Origin: Eledone cirrhosa
Taxonomy: Eukaryota
Direction: 5' to 3'
Length of the DNA: 64,000 bases
Assembly: GCA_964016885.1 (NCBI GenBank)
Contig: OZ024742.1
Span: forward strand, 252,216,001 to 252,280,000
Below are positions 15,298-32,900 of this stretch, piece by piece. Numbering within the stretch: position 1 is the first letter of the stretch; each line of letters starts with the position of its first letter. The notes below the pieces were generated by a model that made no database searches, was not told the DNA's origin, and worked only from the letters and a program-made list of their open reading frames with translations. The translations under genes were made by a program, and so were the position numbers.

Positions 15298-16727
15298 ACA
15301 GATATATATATACACATATATACACATATATATACACACATATATATATACACACATATATATATACACACATATATATATACACACATATATATATACA
15401 CATATATATATATACACACATATATATATATACACATATATATATATACACATATATATATATACACATATATATATATACACATATATATATATACACA
15501 TATATATATATACACATATATATATATACACATATATATATATACACATATATATATATACACACATATATATATACACACATATATATATATACACACA
15601 TATATATATACACACATATATATATATACACATATATATATATACACATATATATATATATACACATATATATATATATACACGTATATATATATATACA
15701 CACATATATACACACATATATATACATACACATATATATATACATACACATATATATATACACACACATATATATACACACACATATATATACACACATC
15801 TATACACATATATATATACACACACATATATATATACACACATATATATATATACACACACATATATATATACACACACATATATATATACACACACATA
15901 TATATACACACACATCTATATATATACATATACATATATATATATACGCACATATACATACACGCACATATATATACATATATATATATACATACACATA
16001 TATATACATACACACATATATATATACATACACACATATATATACATACACACATATATATATACACACATATATATATACATACACATATATATATATA
16101 CATCTATATATATATACATCTATCTATATACATACATATACATCTATATATATACATACATATATATATCTACATACATATATATATCTACATACATATA
16201 TATATCTATACATATATATATCTATACATATATATATCTATACATATATATATCTATACATATATATATCTATACATATATATATCTATACATACATATA
16301 TCTATACATATATATATCTATACATATATATATCTATACATATATATATCTATACATATATATATCTATACATATATATATCTATACATATATATATCTA
16401 TACATATATATATCTATATATATATATATATCTATACATATATATATATCTATACATATATATATCTATACATATATATATCTATACATATATATATCTA
16501 TACATATATATATCTATACATATATATATCTATACATATATATATCTATACATATATATATCTATACATATATATATCTATACATATATATATCTATACA
16601 TATATATATCTATACATATATATATATATATACATACATACATACATATATATATATATACATACATATATATATATACACATACATACATATACATACA
16701 TATATATATATATACATACATATATAT
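15298..16727. repeat. Compound microsatellite (TA/CA; TCTATACATATATATA units)
   Basis: Seen directly. Confidence 0.98.
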
Positions 16728-17272
16728 AACTTTGAATAACTTTGAAATGTTTTGGCCAGTATTGTCCCAGGCCATGTCTAACTTAATAGCACCACCTGGC
16801 GAAGTCTTTCAATTCAGGATTTGGGCACCATGGCCCATTCGAGAAGAGAATTACTGTTTGCGGAGACATATCCGGGTGTGGGTGGTTTGTCCGGGATTAC
16901 TTGGAGGAATTTGTCCAAAGACTTCTTGAATTTTGAGTGGTCAGTTTCTGTTTTGACGTGTCCTGGTGTGATGTTGAAGAGAGCAGGGCCGATTGAGGTG
17001 AAATAATTGTGCCGTATTGTTGTTATGAGTTGCGATTTAGATTTTTGAATGGGACGGATAGCACGGGGCCCAAGCCTTGGGTGTATCTTGAAGGCGATGC
17101 CAACATCATTTGGGCAGTGATGATGGAACATTTTCCACATCATGCAGATAATATAACGCTCACGGCGACGTTGGAGTGAGTAAAGTTTCAGGTTTTCCAA
17201 TCGACCCCAGTAGTCAAGGTCTGACATGCCATCTATCTTTTTCGTGATTGCCCTTTGAGGAGCTTCAAGTTT
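16728..17272 (-). mobile_element. CR1-type LINE 3' end
   Basis: Open frame [39 protein letters not shown]...[16 protein letters not shown]...stop at 16814; TTCAAAGTTA repeat tail. Confidence 0.85.
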
Positions 17273-21313
<4,041 letters not shown>

Positions 21314-21600
21314 CCACTTTTCTAAAAAACGTATATCATACACAAAACGCCAGTATCAATAGTTTTCCAAGAGATGGCAACTTGAATGGACCTGTTATTT
21401 TTATCTAAAGACATTTTTTTCTCATTCCACCCCGCCCGTCCCTTCAATCTTTCTAATTTCTCATTCTTTCTTCCGACGAAAGACTAGCGTCCGAAACATT
21501 AATACCCTCTTCCTGCTATTTCATGCGTGATACTAATATATTCCTTCCATATACTGTAATACTGTACCGATTGTGTTGTTATTTCTGTTTACTTTTTACA
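21314..21600 (+). mobile_element. Penelope-like element 3' end/pLTR with hammerhead-like motif
   Basis: Homologous to reverse complement of 38895-39160; CCGACGA-A-AGACTAGCGTCC-GAAAC at 21473-21497; inverted copy of its end at 21751-21779. Confidence 0.65.
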
Positions 21601-21679
21601 TACATAATTATATATATATAATGATCCCGTTGAGGGTGAAATCAGCGATTCTTTGCTTAAACTGTAATCTGTTAATTTA

Positions 21680-21680
<1 letters not shown>

Positions 21681-21753
<73 letters not shown>
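21681..21753. repeat. (TG)n microsatellite
   Basis: Seen directly. Confidence 0.98.
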
Positions 21754-21757
<4 letters not shown>

Positions 21758-22119
21758 GGTAAACAGAAATAACAACACAATAAATATACATATATAAACA
21801 CACACACCCAGTGTTCACATACATAACCAAGTAGCACACGGGAAGTGAAATACGTGGGACGAATGAACAAAATCATTATATGCGTGTGTGTTTGTTTACG
21901 TTCTGTGATTATAGAGGTTTGACAAAATTCCTTTAAAGCGGTGTCTAAGCATGGTGGTATACGATAGCGAAGTATCCTTTAAAAAAAAAAAAAAACGAAA
22001 TCCTGGTGATCGCCTGCAGACAGCCAGTTCCCGAGTGCTTAGATTTTGACACACACACACACAATTTGCACGTCTGCTCTTCCGTGCTTGCATGGGTTGA
22101 ACGGTTTTTTTTCAGCACA

Positions 22120-22860
22120 TCTCTCTACTTATCACGTTCCTTCAGTGATTTGAGATCTGCTCTCACACCTCTGCCTAGGTCTTCCTCTACTGTGGCTTCC
22201 TTGTACTAGCACTTCTTTACTCAGCAATCATCATCCATGTGCATCACATACTCATACCAGCACTGTCTTCTCTCTTTCATGCTCCATCTAATTCTTCATA
22301 TACCTAGTTTCTCTCTCAGTTCATCCATGCTTTGTTATTCACACACATCCATCGAAGCATGCTTGCTTCGTTTCTCTCCAGCCTCTGAATATTCTTTGCA
22401 TTTACTGCCCATGATTCACTACCATGCAACATCGCATTTCACAAACAAGCATCATACAGTCGATCTTTCGTTCGCAGGGAGCAACTGTTTTTGTCAAGAG
22501 AGGTAGTAGCTTCCTAAACTTTTTCCATCCTGTCCTTTAGCTACCTATTATGTTCTCGGAGCACCCTCTTCTACTACTAATTATATCATCTAGGTAGCAG
22601 AAGCTTATCAACCACTTCTGTGGATCCTACCTGCGATTGGAAAAGGTTTATATAATTGGAACTCTTACTATGAATTATCCCTGAACATCTGCTACCTACA
22701 AAGCTTTCCTTTCCTGTTGTCTGCATGCTATCCCACTACACCTTTTGTGTACCGAAGATTTGTATTGTGTACATCGTATAGATTTATGCTTAGTCCTTTT
22801 CTACATAATGAACAAAGCCATTTCCTTGACATTTCATACTTTTTAATACTTTAGTTTCGT
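22120..22860 (-). mobile_element. RTE LINE fragment, decayed
   Basis: Minus strand: KWLCSLCRKG..., EVVDK.CYL.D, GWKKFRKLLPLLT, MLHGSESWA, RLERNEASMLRWMC. Confidence 0.8.
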
Positions 22861-23810
22861 TAAGTTTATTCTCTAATTCTTCAGATTATAAGAACCAGAT
22901 TGTCTTCAAGAAACCGCTTCAATTTCTTTGTTGTATTGACTACGATTCTCGTATTTCTTTGGGACTCGCATAATCCAAATCCTGAATTAATGCCCTGGCG
23001 ATGCTTTAGTATTATGTGTGCTAATATTGAAGTTGAAACGCGTGTAGAAATTAATAAAATGATTTGAAGTACTTCTTTGTTTGTCAATTGATCTATCTAT
23101 CTAAATATAAAATCATGGGTAGATTCCCCGATGAGTGAGCACAGTTAAAAAGTTTACTCAGGTTAGTAGAGTATAAACATCTTAATTTTATATAGAAAAT
23201 ACTTCCACAGGACTGGAACTGTTGCATATGAAATTACCAGGAAACAGTTCTCGCCATGTAGAAGTCATTTCTAAATAAAATAAAGATGCCTATACTCTAT
23301 TAATGTGTGTGTGTGTGTGTGTATGTGTATATATATATATATATATATATTAATTTAAAGTATCATAACATATACTATGTATGGTGCTTGTGTTTCCCAG
23401 TAAAAACTCTCTATACATATATCTCTTAATTTGAATTATATATATATATGGGTGGATTACCGATGAGTATCGGAGTTAGTAATCAATAATTGATTACTTA
23501 AATGTATTTTTTGCTTCGGTTTACGAACTATGAAACGTTATCGTAAGAAAAATTAAGAAAATTTCCACCTTAAAAGTATGTACTTTTTCCTAAATATCAT
23601 GTGGTTTATATATATGCACAAAATACTAGGTTTCTCGAACGATATATGGCTTTCTCTCTCTATAACACATACATCTTTTAATTTGAATTATATATATATA
23701 TATAAACCATGATGTAAACGTAGAGTGATTTTCCTACCAATGCATCATGATTAACTAAACGGAATGACCAGTTCTATCTACTAATAAAACATAAATGTAT
23801 ATATATATAT

Positions 23811-23857
<47 letters not shown>

Positions 23858-23959
23858 TAAACACAGTAAATCGTGTGTTTAAAATTACGAGGGTTGAAAA
23901 CCACATTTGTTTGAAATGAGTTATTAACTCTACCTTATATATATCTATCTATCTAGAGA

Positions 23960-24305
23960 TCCATGGAGGAGATCTCTCCAGCGGTCTCTGTCCCTCATTA
24001 TCGCTGCCATGTCCTGCGTCTCCAACAGACCAGTGTCTGTCCTTAGGGCATCAACATACGTTAACCTTGGTCTTCCTCTTTCAGTGTGTCCATGTACGGG
24101 GCTCCCACAGGAGCACTGAGTGCAATGTCAATTCTGGATGTCGGTGAGCATATCCAGCTAACCTCAGTCTCCTCTGTGTCACTTTTGAGCTGACTTTTGG
24201 GAGGCTCCGATACAGCTCTGAGTTTTTCATCCTCGGTGTATACTGATTAATGTTCAGAGCCATCCTCCGCATTCTCGTGTAGCAGCCATCCACCATCTGA
24301 GTGAG
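23960..24305 (-). mobile_element. RTE-group LINE C-terminal fragment
   Basis: DGCYTRMRRMALNI...RRLRLAGYAHRHPE...LLWEP, then RGRPRLTYVD in a shifted frame. Confidence 0.75.
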
Positions 24306-24572
24306 TTTCTTATATATATATATAATTCAGTGCAGGTCGACAAGTGAAAAAAATGTCTTGAAGCTCCAGGTATAAACATTATTTCCCTTGTTTCTCTGTT
24401 TTTGGCATGTCCTGCCCAAAATCAGTCTGTGTTCAAGAAAGAATTATTGAGAAATTAAAACTTTTGTTGAAGCAGTTAGCAAAATAATACTCACGGGGGA
24501 ATAATACATGTTTTGTTTCTTTCTTGGGACAGAATATTGTTTATACGAATGATTTGTGACTATAGGATTAGT

Positions 24573-24856
24573 GAAGGAGCATGGTTTAGTGGTTAATGCG
24601 TTGGACTCAAGTTCGTTAAGTCGCGAGTTTGATTCCTAGACAAGGTAGCGCATTTTGTCCTTAAGCAAGGCATTTTATTTTCTTGTTGTTCCAGTTTAAT
24701 CAGCTACAAAGAGTGAGTTGTACGCTGAATCGCTCCGAGAACTACATTAAGGGTTACATTTGCCTGTGGAATGCTCAGCCACATGCACGTTAATTTCAGG
24801 AGCCAGCTATTCCGTTGATCGACAACCGGAACACTCATCTTCGGAACCGACGGAGG
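24573..24856 (+). mobile_element. SINE family B
   Basis: TGGTTTAGTGGTTAA A box, GAGTTTGATTCC, GTCCTTAAGCAAGGCATTTTAT, ends GGAACCGACGGAG. Confidence 0.8.
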
Positions 24857-26769
24857 AAGTGAATGTAAAAACTAGAGATATAATCAAATGATGTTGGTTA
24901 TTTCACACGCATCGTTGATCAATGTTGTCAGAAGGAACTATTTGTTCAACTACTTAAAAACAGAAACGGACTTAAAGACAACCTATAAGACAACATATAC
25001 TTGAATTTATCTTAAACAAAGTGTGACCCCGAAATATGATATCCAATGTGTCTTTTGTTTTAACTATTATTATCTTTTTTTAAGACAGCTGAATGGGGTT
25101 GAAGTGATATTTAGCTGCTATTTTTAGTGGGTTGAGCGACGTTAGCGTTGTTTTCTTAATGTAATTCACTGTTTGAAATAACTTTTGTCATATTCTCCAG
25201 ACAATAATGCAGATCAATTCCTCACAAATCATTCTTTAACTAAAATTAGGATTTGTAGGATGGAAATAAAACTTTTTTTTAAATTCTAGAATAGGAAAAT
25301 AGCGGAAGCGAGACCTATTTATGAAATAAATGACATTAAAGTTTGACCAATTAAAAGTCAATAACGTGAAAATAAGAAAAAAATAGGATAAGTAGTACGA
25401 TGTGCTTTGCCCAAGAATGCAATACTGTTTATGGGATAGCTTGAACATATGACGATAGTATTTCTAGCTGAATGTTAATTAATGTGGCAAGTGCGACTGT
25501 ATGTATAAATGAGAATCTTAACATCAACATAAAGAGAGAAGTAATTAACAATGCACGACAATTAACTACTAATTGTAAAGCACAGAGAATAATGCAATCT
25601 TGGATACATTATATGAAAATAATCTGAGATGGGCATGGCTGGAACGATTTGATAGTAGGTCTGTTTGATCAGATTTGATCTGGGACTAAACAACAATAAT
25701 TATGGAATATCTTTAAGAAGGCAAAACTATAATTCCAAGTGTTGAACTTTTTTTTTGAGAGAGATGTATTTTTATAAAGCAGCGTGGTTATTTATTTTTT
25801 TGCATCATGATTGCCACATTCAGCTGAAATCTAGACGTAAATGATGACAATGTTGAATCAGTTGAGAGCCCAGAGGTTGAATAGGACCCCAACGAAGAGT
25901 ATAAATACATATACGGGTTTAAATAGAAACATCACCATAATACAACAAAATAAACGAAATGTTGAGAACCGAAACAAAATATTTAGGAACAATGGTTTGT
26001 GTATGGTGGCAGATATACGTTCTTTTTTTGTACAAAGAAAACAACAAATGATTGGATTCATTTAAGAGCACTGTTTATGAAACTAACTCACTATATATAG
26101 CGAATTTGTTTGTGTTGTTGTATAGTTCGTGTTGTTACATCGATAGATAGATATGTAGATGAGCTGAAGTAGTTGTTTACGATTGTTTAAAGAGAACTTA
26201 CCTTGCGAGAAATATATCCAAAAAGCATTTAGTAAGACAGTGAATAGCAGTCGTTGGTATAACATGGTTATCGTAGCCATGTCCTAACCAAAATAAGACG
26301 ACTGCTTTGCTTCGAACTAGTCGACTACCGCTCTCTAGTTTCTTAGAGCCAGCTTTAATTCAACTGAGCTCACCTTTGTAGCTATGTTTTCATTCTCGCC
26401 ATCCTCCCAACAAATCAACATGGATACACTTTCAGCACTATTCTTATCTCCCACTACTACTCAAATAGTTTTGCCAGACTATCATAGCACCCTTCTCTCT
26501 CGAGTTCCACATGCTTTCTTTCTCTCACACCCACACGGTAATCTACTCACTCTCTTTCTTTGCTTCTTTACAGAATCTCTGTTTAGAAGAATATAAATTC
26601 TTTCTAACTGTATTTTCCATAGAATTGTTTTTTCAGATATATTTCGACACACATTTATTTTCATCGACTAATCTTTTTTTTTCTATATTAGTTTTTATAA
26701 TTTCTCTTTTTCTAACTCTCTAGTTTTTATCTTCCTTTTCGACCTCACAACTTCTTAGAAGCGTCACAA

Positions 26770-26950
26770 CGTCGGAAAAGTATTTGTTCCTGTACTCTGC
26801 GATCTGAGTTCAAATCCCGCCAGAGTCAACTTTTCCTTTCATTCTTTCGAGGTCAATAAAATAAAATACTAATCAAATATTTGAGTCGTTATAATCGACT
26901 ATTCCTCGTCTTCAAAATTGCAGGTTTTGTGTCTAAATTAGAAACCCAAT
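26770..26950 (+). mobile_element. SINE family A, diverged
   Basis: CTGAGTTCAAATCCCGCC...CCTTTCATTCTTTCGAGGTCAATAAAAT. Confidence 0.75.
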
Positions 26951-27280
26951 TACTAAGCTATCTTTCTAAGAAATATATCTACTTGCGTATCTTTTGGCAT
27001 GTCGAGTGCACTAACCAACTGATGCTCCTCTAACCACCGCCCAATCTTCCATTGTTTGACAAGACTTGCGAAATAATTTATCTAAGACTTTTTTTTAAGG
27101 TCATTCCCCAAATCAGACTTCACAGCTATATTAATCCTTTTGATACCAAACCGCCCAGATTCTACAATATAAAGCTGTTTATTTTAAATTGTTTATATTT
27201 ATCTAAATACTCTTCATCGTAATTTTATTTAAGAATTTACAGAGTGCCAAACACCAACTTAATGAGAAAGTTATATTATT

Positions 27281-27473
27281 GCGGTGGATTGACAGTATCG
27301 GTAGAGGGTCGGACGTCATGCTTTGACGCATAGAATTACGGCTCTTTCCATTCTGAGTTCAAATCCTGCCGAGGTTAACTTTGCCTTTCATCCTTACGGG
27401 GTCGATAAAATAAAGTACCAGTAATGTACTGAGTATTTGTTGGCCGTGTGCCAAAAGTAGAAATAATTATTAA
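27281..27473 (+). mobile_element. SINE family A, full length (tRNA-derived)
   Basis: A box TGACAGTATCGG, B box GAGTTCAAATCC, central GCCTTTCATCCTTACGGGGTCGATAAA (recalled as Meta/MESC-like, unverified), ATT tail. Confidence 0.88.
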
Positions 27474-27611
27474 ATCTCCTCGCCGCCTAATTACTTTCAA
27501 AATTATTTGAAAATCATAAGCAGTCTCTTTCATTTGAAATATAATAAGAAAGGATTAATTATAAACTATTTTTTTTTTTTTGCTTTTTGTGCGTCATTTA
27601 TTTGGTAGCGA

Positions 27612-27888
27612 ATGCGCGTGGCTCACGCTCGTAAGGTCATGAGTTCGAACCACGGCAGCACGTTGTGTTCTAGAGCAAGCACTTTACTTTACGTTGTTCA
27701 CACAACTGGCAAAATTAAGTTGCACCTGTCAATTTCGAAGGGTGAGCTTTGTCACATTTTGTGTCACGCTGAATCTCTCCTGGAACTGCGTTAACGGCAC
27801 GCGTGTCTGTGGAACACACAACTACTTGCACGTTAATTTCACGAGCAGGCTATCATTTGGAACACTCGTCGTCGTAACCGACGGAATA
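27612..27888 (+). mobile_element. SINE family B
   Basis: GAGTTCGAACC B box; GAGCAAGCACTTTAC; ends GTCGTAACCGACGGA. Confidence 0.8.
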
Positions 27889-27927
27889 CTAGTTTAGTTA
27901 TTTATTTCACACTAAATAACGATAAGG

Positions 27928-28106
27928 AATTGTTTCTACTTTTGGGACAAGGCCAGCAATTACTCCAGTGCATTACTGGTGCTTTATATTATCGACCCCG
28001 CAAGGATGAAAGGCAAAGCTAACCTCGGCGGGATTTAAACTCAGAACGTAAAGGGCTATAACTCTATGCTGCAAAGCATGGCATCTGACGCTCTACCGGC
28101 CAATTT
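27928..28106 (-). mobile_element. SINE family A
   Basis: Reverse complement of the 27281-type consensus. Confidence 0.85.
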
Positions 28107-28929
28107 ACAAACAAATTATTTACTTGTAACCAATGATGGAAAAGGGTTTTAGGAACTAAAGATACGTAAAAGTACGTATGAGGCTAAGGTCGAGAAAGCA
28201 GGGCTCTCAAATTGAAGGACTCAAAAGGACCATTACGTCCGGGGGGGGGGGGCACAGTGGGCTAAAAGTGAGATAGGACGGGTGGGGGGGGGCATGATTC
28301 CCACCAATTAGAATACTAATCTACAATACAGCTGATAGGTTGCTATTTATTATTTTTGTTTTTGTTTTTTCATCAAAATAAATACGCATATGATATAGTA
28401 AGTGGGATATATGAATGTTTACAAAATGTAGGAGACACATTTTCTGTTTTAAATTTTCCTTAATTAGTTACGAAAATTGTTCTGCCGTAGGCCAGGTGTT
28501 TGAAGTCCCTGGTGTGGCCGCTCCATTCAGCCATTCATTATGGATTTTTAACCTGTCCGGTGCCCATAACAATCCAGTTCTGAATACAGTGGATTTCTTC
28601 CAGTGAGTAGGAATGGGGGAGGGAGAATCGATCCCAGTATACTGTTCTTTTATTTATCGATGATCTCGAAAGGATGGGAGTCAAAGTTGACCGAATCGGG
28701 ATTTGCCCAATGTCTGTTGGAGTATTCAGGTCACCCATCAAAAACTTCGATGCCATATGGCTCATGATCTCCTCTTCCGTCTTCTCTGTCCTCCTGTTGG
28801 AATGGCTCTCCGCTGGTTGAAAAGATGAGTGTTCCAGTTGTTTGATCAATATAACAACTTGAAAATAAAGTGCCTTGCTGAAGGACAAAACGCGCCACTT
28901 TGGCTTTATTACCATGAGCCTAACGTAGG

Positions 28930-29245
28930 AATGGACGTCGGCCGGTTTTGATGATGCGTGTTCCAGTTGCTCGATCAACAAAACAGCCTGCTCATATGAT
29001 CAACGTGTAAGTGGCTGAGCATTCTAGAGACATGTATACCTTTGACGTAAATCTCAAGGAAATTCAGCACGACACAGTGTGAGATAAGGCTAGCCTTTAT
29101 AATTACAAGCACAGTTCATCTGATGGGTTTCCAAACAGTTTCCGTCTACCTAATTTTACTCACAAGAGAATTTGCCCAACATGTCATGCGGTGGGATCAA
29201 ACCCGAGGCATGATTATTGCGAAGCGAACTCTTTACCCATTCGGC
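28930..29245 (-). mobile_element. SINE family B-related copy
   Basis: GTTCCAGTTGCTCGATCAAC...GTGGCTGAGCATTC...ATTCAGCACGACACAG on + strand. Confidence 0.6.
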
Positions 29246-29572
29246 GCTGCTGCGATCACTCTTCCTCCTCAGTGTTGTTTTTTGCATACTGATGATACGG
29301 CTACCATGGAACGTGACAGCCAGTCACATTCTTCTTTTCCGTTGGACTTTTTAAGACCTTATCGTCTCTTATATGACTAGTCCGAAATTCTCAGAAAATC
29401 AGAAAGAGCAAAACAAAGCAAAAACACGTTGTATGAACCAAGGTTTATTTTAAGGAAATTTTTGAACTGCATAAATCTTTGAGGCGTGTGAATGACCCAA
29501 TATTTGATATTATCTGAGTCAGAGAAACATTTGTAATGGCTGTCTGAAATCTTTTAACCATCATTTACTATA

Positions 29573-29811
29573 CAGGGGTGGTAGAAGCATTTCTGAATTG
29601 GGCGGGCTAAAATTGGTCAATTTAGTTGTAGTGATTAGTTTAGGTGTTATTATCAAATATCAACCAAGATATAAAAAAAACTTCGATGTGCTATAAATAT
29701 AGCATGTACATAAATTGTAGCGCATATGCAAATAGATGTGTTTTTTGATAGTTTGGGGAGAAAAATATAATAATTGAGCCCCCCCCCCCCCCCCTAGTTC
29801 CACCGCCCCTG
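29573..29811. mobile_element. Putative MITE
   Basis: Imperfect TIRs CAGGGGTGGTAGAA / TTCCACCGCCCCTG; TSD unclear. Confidence 0.45.
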
Positions 29812-29990
29812 CTATGTAGGTACACATAGCATTTTACATAGAATGTAAACCTACTGCACAAAATTCGACTTAGAACTACACAACCAGAGATCAACTGCTT
29901 GTTAACATAAACATTTACCTTTCCCATAGTATCGGGTTAAGTTAGTCATTTAACTATCACATACCATGTAAGCACATATAGTATTTGATA

Positions 29991-32900
29991 TCCGGAAACC
30001 ACCACCCACCCAGACAACCCCTCTAACACCCCCATGGAAACCGTACGGTCTGATCCCCGGGAGACGAAGAGGTGAGTGTTTTCTTCTCCTCTTTTAACTT
30101 TTCAGAACCAACATGGCCAATATAAGAGTTGGATGTGTGAATGTACGCGGCCTGGGGATGCCCTGGAAACAGGGCAAACTCTTAAACGACCTCAGGTCGC
30201 ACAGTATGGATGTAGTAGCCATTTGCGAGTCCAGGATCCACAGCGAGCGATAGCTGGCCCTCATCTTCGATGACTTTGAGATCTACGCATCTTTCTGTCG
30301 GCCGGGGGGGGGGGAGCGTTTTGCTGCGGAAACACCTGGGCCTCGTAGCACATACGGCACATGTGGACCCGGAGGGTCGACTGGTGGTCCTAGACGTTGA
30401 CGGTAGTGAAGGTGGAGCCTTCAGGCTGGTGGCCGCATATGCCCCATCCGGGACACCGCGGCCAACTTCTTCAAACATCTAGAGACTTTTCTGGGAACGT
30501 CCCGCCCCTTGCTTTTAGTGGGGGACTGGAATGGAATCCTAGATGCACGTTGGGACTATGTGGGAGCATGTCCCGATAAAGGGGGTGTAACAGCCTCAAA
30601 CAGTTAATCGGCCGATTTGACCTGGCCGATAGATATCGACTAGATTTTCCGACTGTGCCACTGTGGACGTGGACTAATCTGAGCGGAACATCTAGATCGT
30701 ACCTAGATAGGGTTCTAGTTAGAAATAAGGATAGGGACATGTTAAGCTGTCCACAAATGTTCATGGTTGCCTATTCAGATCACAAACTAGTGACCTGCAT
30801 GGTCAACCTTGATAGAACCCATAGACAAAGACCCGGCTACTGGAAGCTGAACTTGTCGTTACCGACATGCAAAGCCTACGGTAGACGGATTAGCACTTTA
30901 GTTAAACAGCACTTGACAGGGGCCATTGTCAACAACAGATGGTGGTACTCTCTCAAGAGGGGAGTTAGATTAGACTCGTTAGTTTTTATTAAAGAATTAG
31001 CGTTAGATAGAAATAGAACCGAGAAAGAACTGGTAGAAGAGGCAAGAAGTAGGAGAGGCAATTAGAAGTGGCAACGTAGCCAGCGTGCTATCAACGAGAA
31101 CGGCCTTGGACCAGTTCTTCGACGCAAAGCATGAGGGCTGCGTTGTCAGAAGCAAAATACGTGCTCTGGGAAACGAGGGAGCCAAAGCTGTTAGCTGGGC
31201 CCGAGTGACGGAGGCAAAAAGTGGCAACAAGTCCACGGTTCGGTCTTTGAAGGACCAAAACGGACGCGTGATAAGTGAGCCGAAGCAGATGTGTGCGGCA
31301 TTTCAGCGGCACTTTGCTCGACTGTTCGGGCAGGGCGGCGCACCGGGAGGGGCTATGGATTTCGGTCCATATCTCGACGGCCTACCGCGACTCTCGGACA
31401 GCGAGGCAAAGTTCTGCGAAAAGCCAATTTCAGCCGCTGAGATAGGGGACGCGCTGAGCCAATGCGGCAAACGCAAATCTCCAGGTCTCGACGGTGTACC
31501 CTACGAATTTTACGTAGCAATGCCGGACTTATTCTCCAGTCTCCTGGAAGCGGTCTACTGCAACTGGCGACAGAACGGGAGAATTCCCAGTTCTGTGACC
31601 GGGGGCGTAGTCACACTAGTCAGGAAGGACGAGAATAAAGGGGATGACATAGGCAACTTTCGGCCCATAACTCTGCTAAACACAGAGTTACAGATTTTGG
31701 CCAAGGTGTTGGCAAAGAGGCTGGTGCTTGTCGTCGAGAACCTGGTGGGAGAAGCGCAGACATGCGCAATCCCGACCAGGTCCATACACGACAATCTCCA
31801 CCTCATGCGATACATCATAGAGAGGGTAGGGTGTAAACCCGGCTTCGGTGGGGCCCTGATCAACTTGGATCAGTCTAAGGCTTTCGATAGGGTTGACCAT
31901 CGTTACCTGGATGCGGTGCTCGAGGCGGCAGGCTTCGGACCCGTGTTCAGGGGCTGGATTGCTGCAATGCATAACAACAACATCTGCTCAAGGGTTAAGG
32001 TGAACGGCTACCTCTCGGAGCCGTTCCATATCACGCGATCCATTCGACAGGGATGCCCTCTCTCCTCCCTTCTGTACGTATTGACTCTCAAGCCACTACT
32101 GCGGAAGTTGGAGCTATTTCAGGGCATCCCTCTGGAACCGGGACTGCGGAAAGCGGCGTCGGCCTACGCCGACGACGTGACAGTAATGGTGTCGAGCGCC
32201 TCGCAAATCGAGGAAGTCGGCACCTTACTGAAGGAATACGAAAGGTTCACAGGAGCGAAGCTGAACCGGGACAAGTCCATCGGTTTGCAACTCGGATCGT
32301 GGAGAGGCAGACCGATGCCTTCCGATGGCGTCGTCGGACGCTGGACGGAAGGACCAGTAAAGCTGCTCGGGGTCTGGTTTGGTCCGGATCTCCAGGTAGA
32401 GAAGAACTGGAACGAGGTGTCGGCCAAGGTGTTTGCACTCACCCAGAAGTGGGCCGAGTGCAAACTATCCTTGAAAGGTCGACCGGAGGTGGCGAACACT
32501 TTTATAGCGTCCACCATCTACTACCGCTTGACCGTCGTGCCTTATCCAGCCAAAACGCTCGCCAAAATGGAGCGCGCGCTCTTCCAATTCCTTTGGAAGA
32601 GGCGGGCTCCTTTGGTGAGAAGATCCATCTTCTGCCAACGCCCTTCCAACGGAGGGCTGGGGAAGCCGTGGGAAGGCTGCGGCATCTCTACGTATTCCTC
32701 ACCGGACAACCGGTGTGAGCCCCGTTCGTGAGGCGAGCCTCCCCACGACTCGTCTCGCTGACCGAGCTGCAGTCCTGGGTCAAGCAAAGCCGAGGAAAAT
32801 GGGCGACTGGCACATCGAATGTGCTCAGGCGCTCACAGCCCTCTGGCAGGCGGACCCGGCGATCAGTGGAGACTCCACTTCGTCATTCTATAGAGGGTTG

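Noticed and set aside
28199-28511. hAT MITE (CAGGGCTCTCAAA...TTTGAAGTCCCTG)
   Set aside because: Weak TIRs and no matching 8-bp TSD
31085-32731. 548-aa ORF as an active or domesticated RT gene
   Set aside because: A fragment of a frameshifted LINE ORF2 with a non-ATG start; overlapping ORFs are GC-rich shadows
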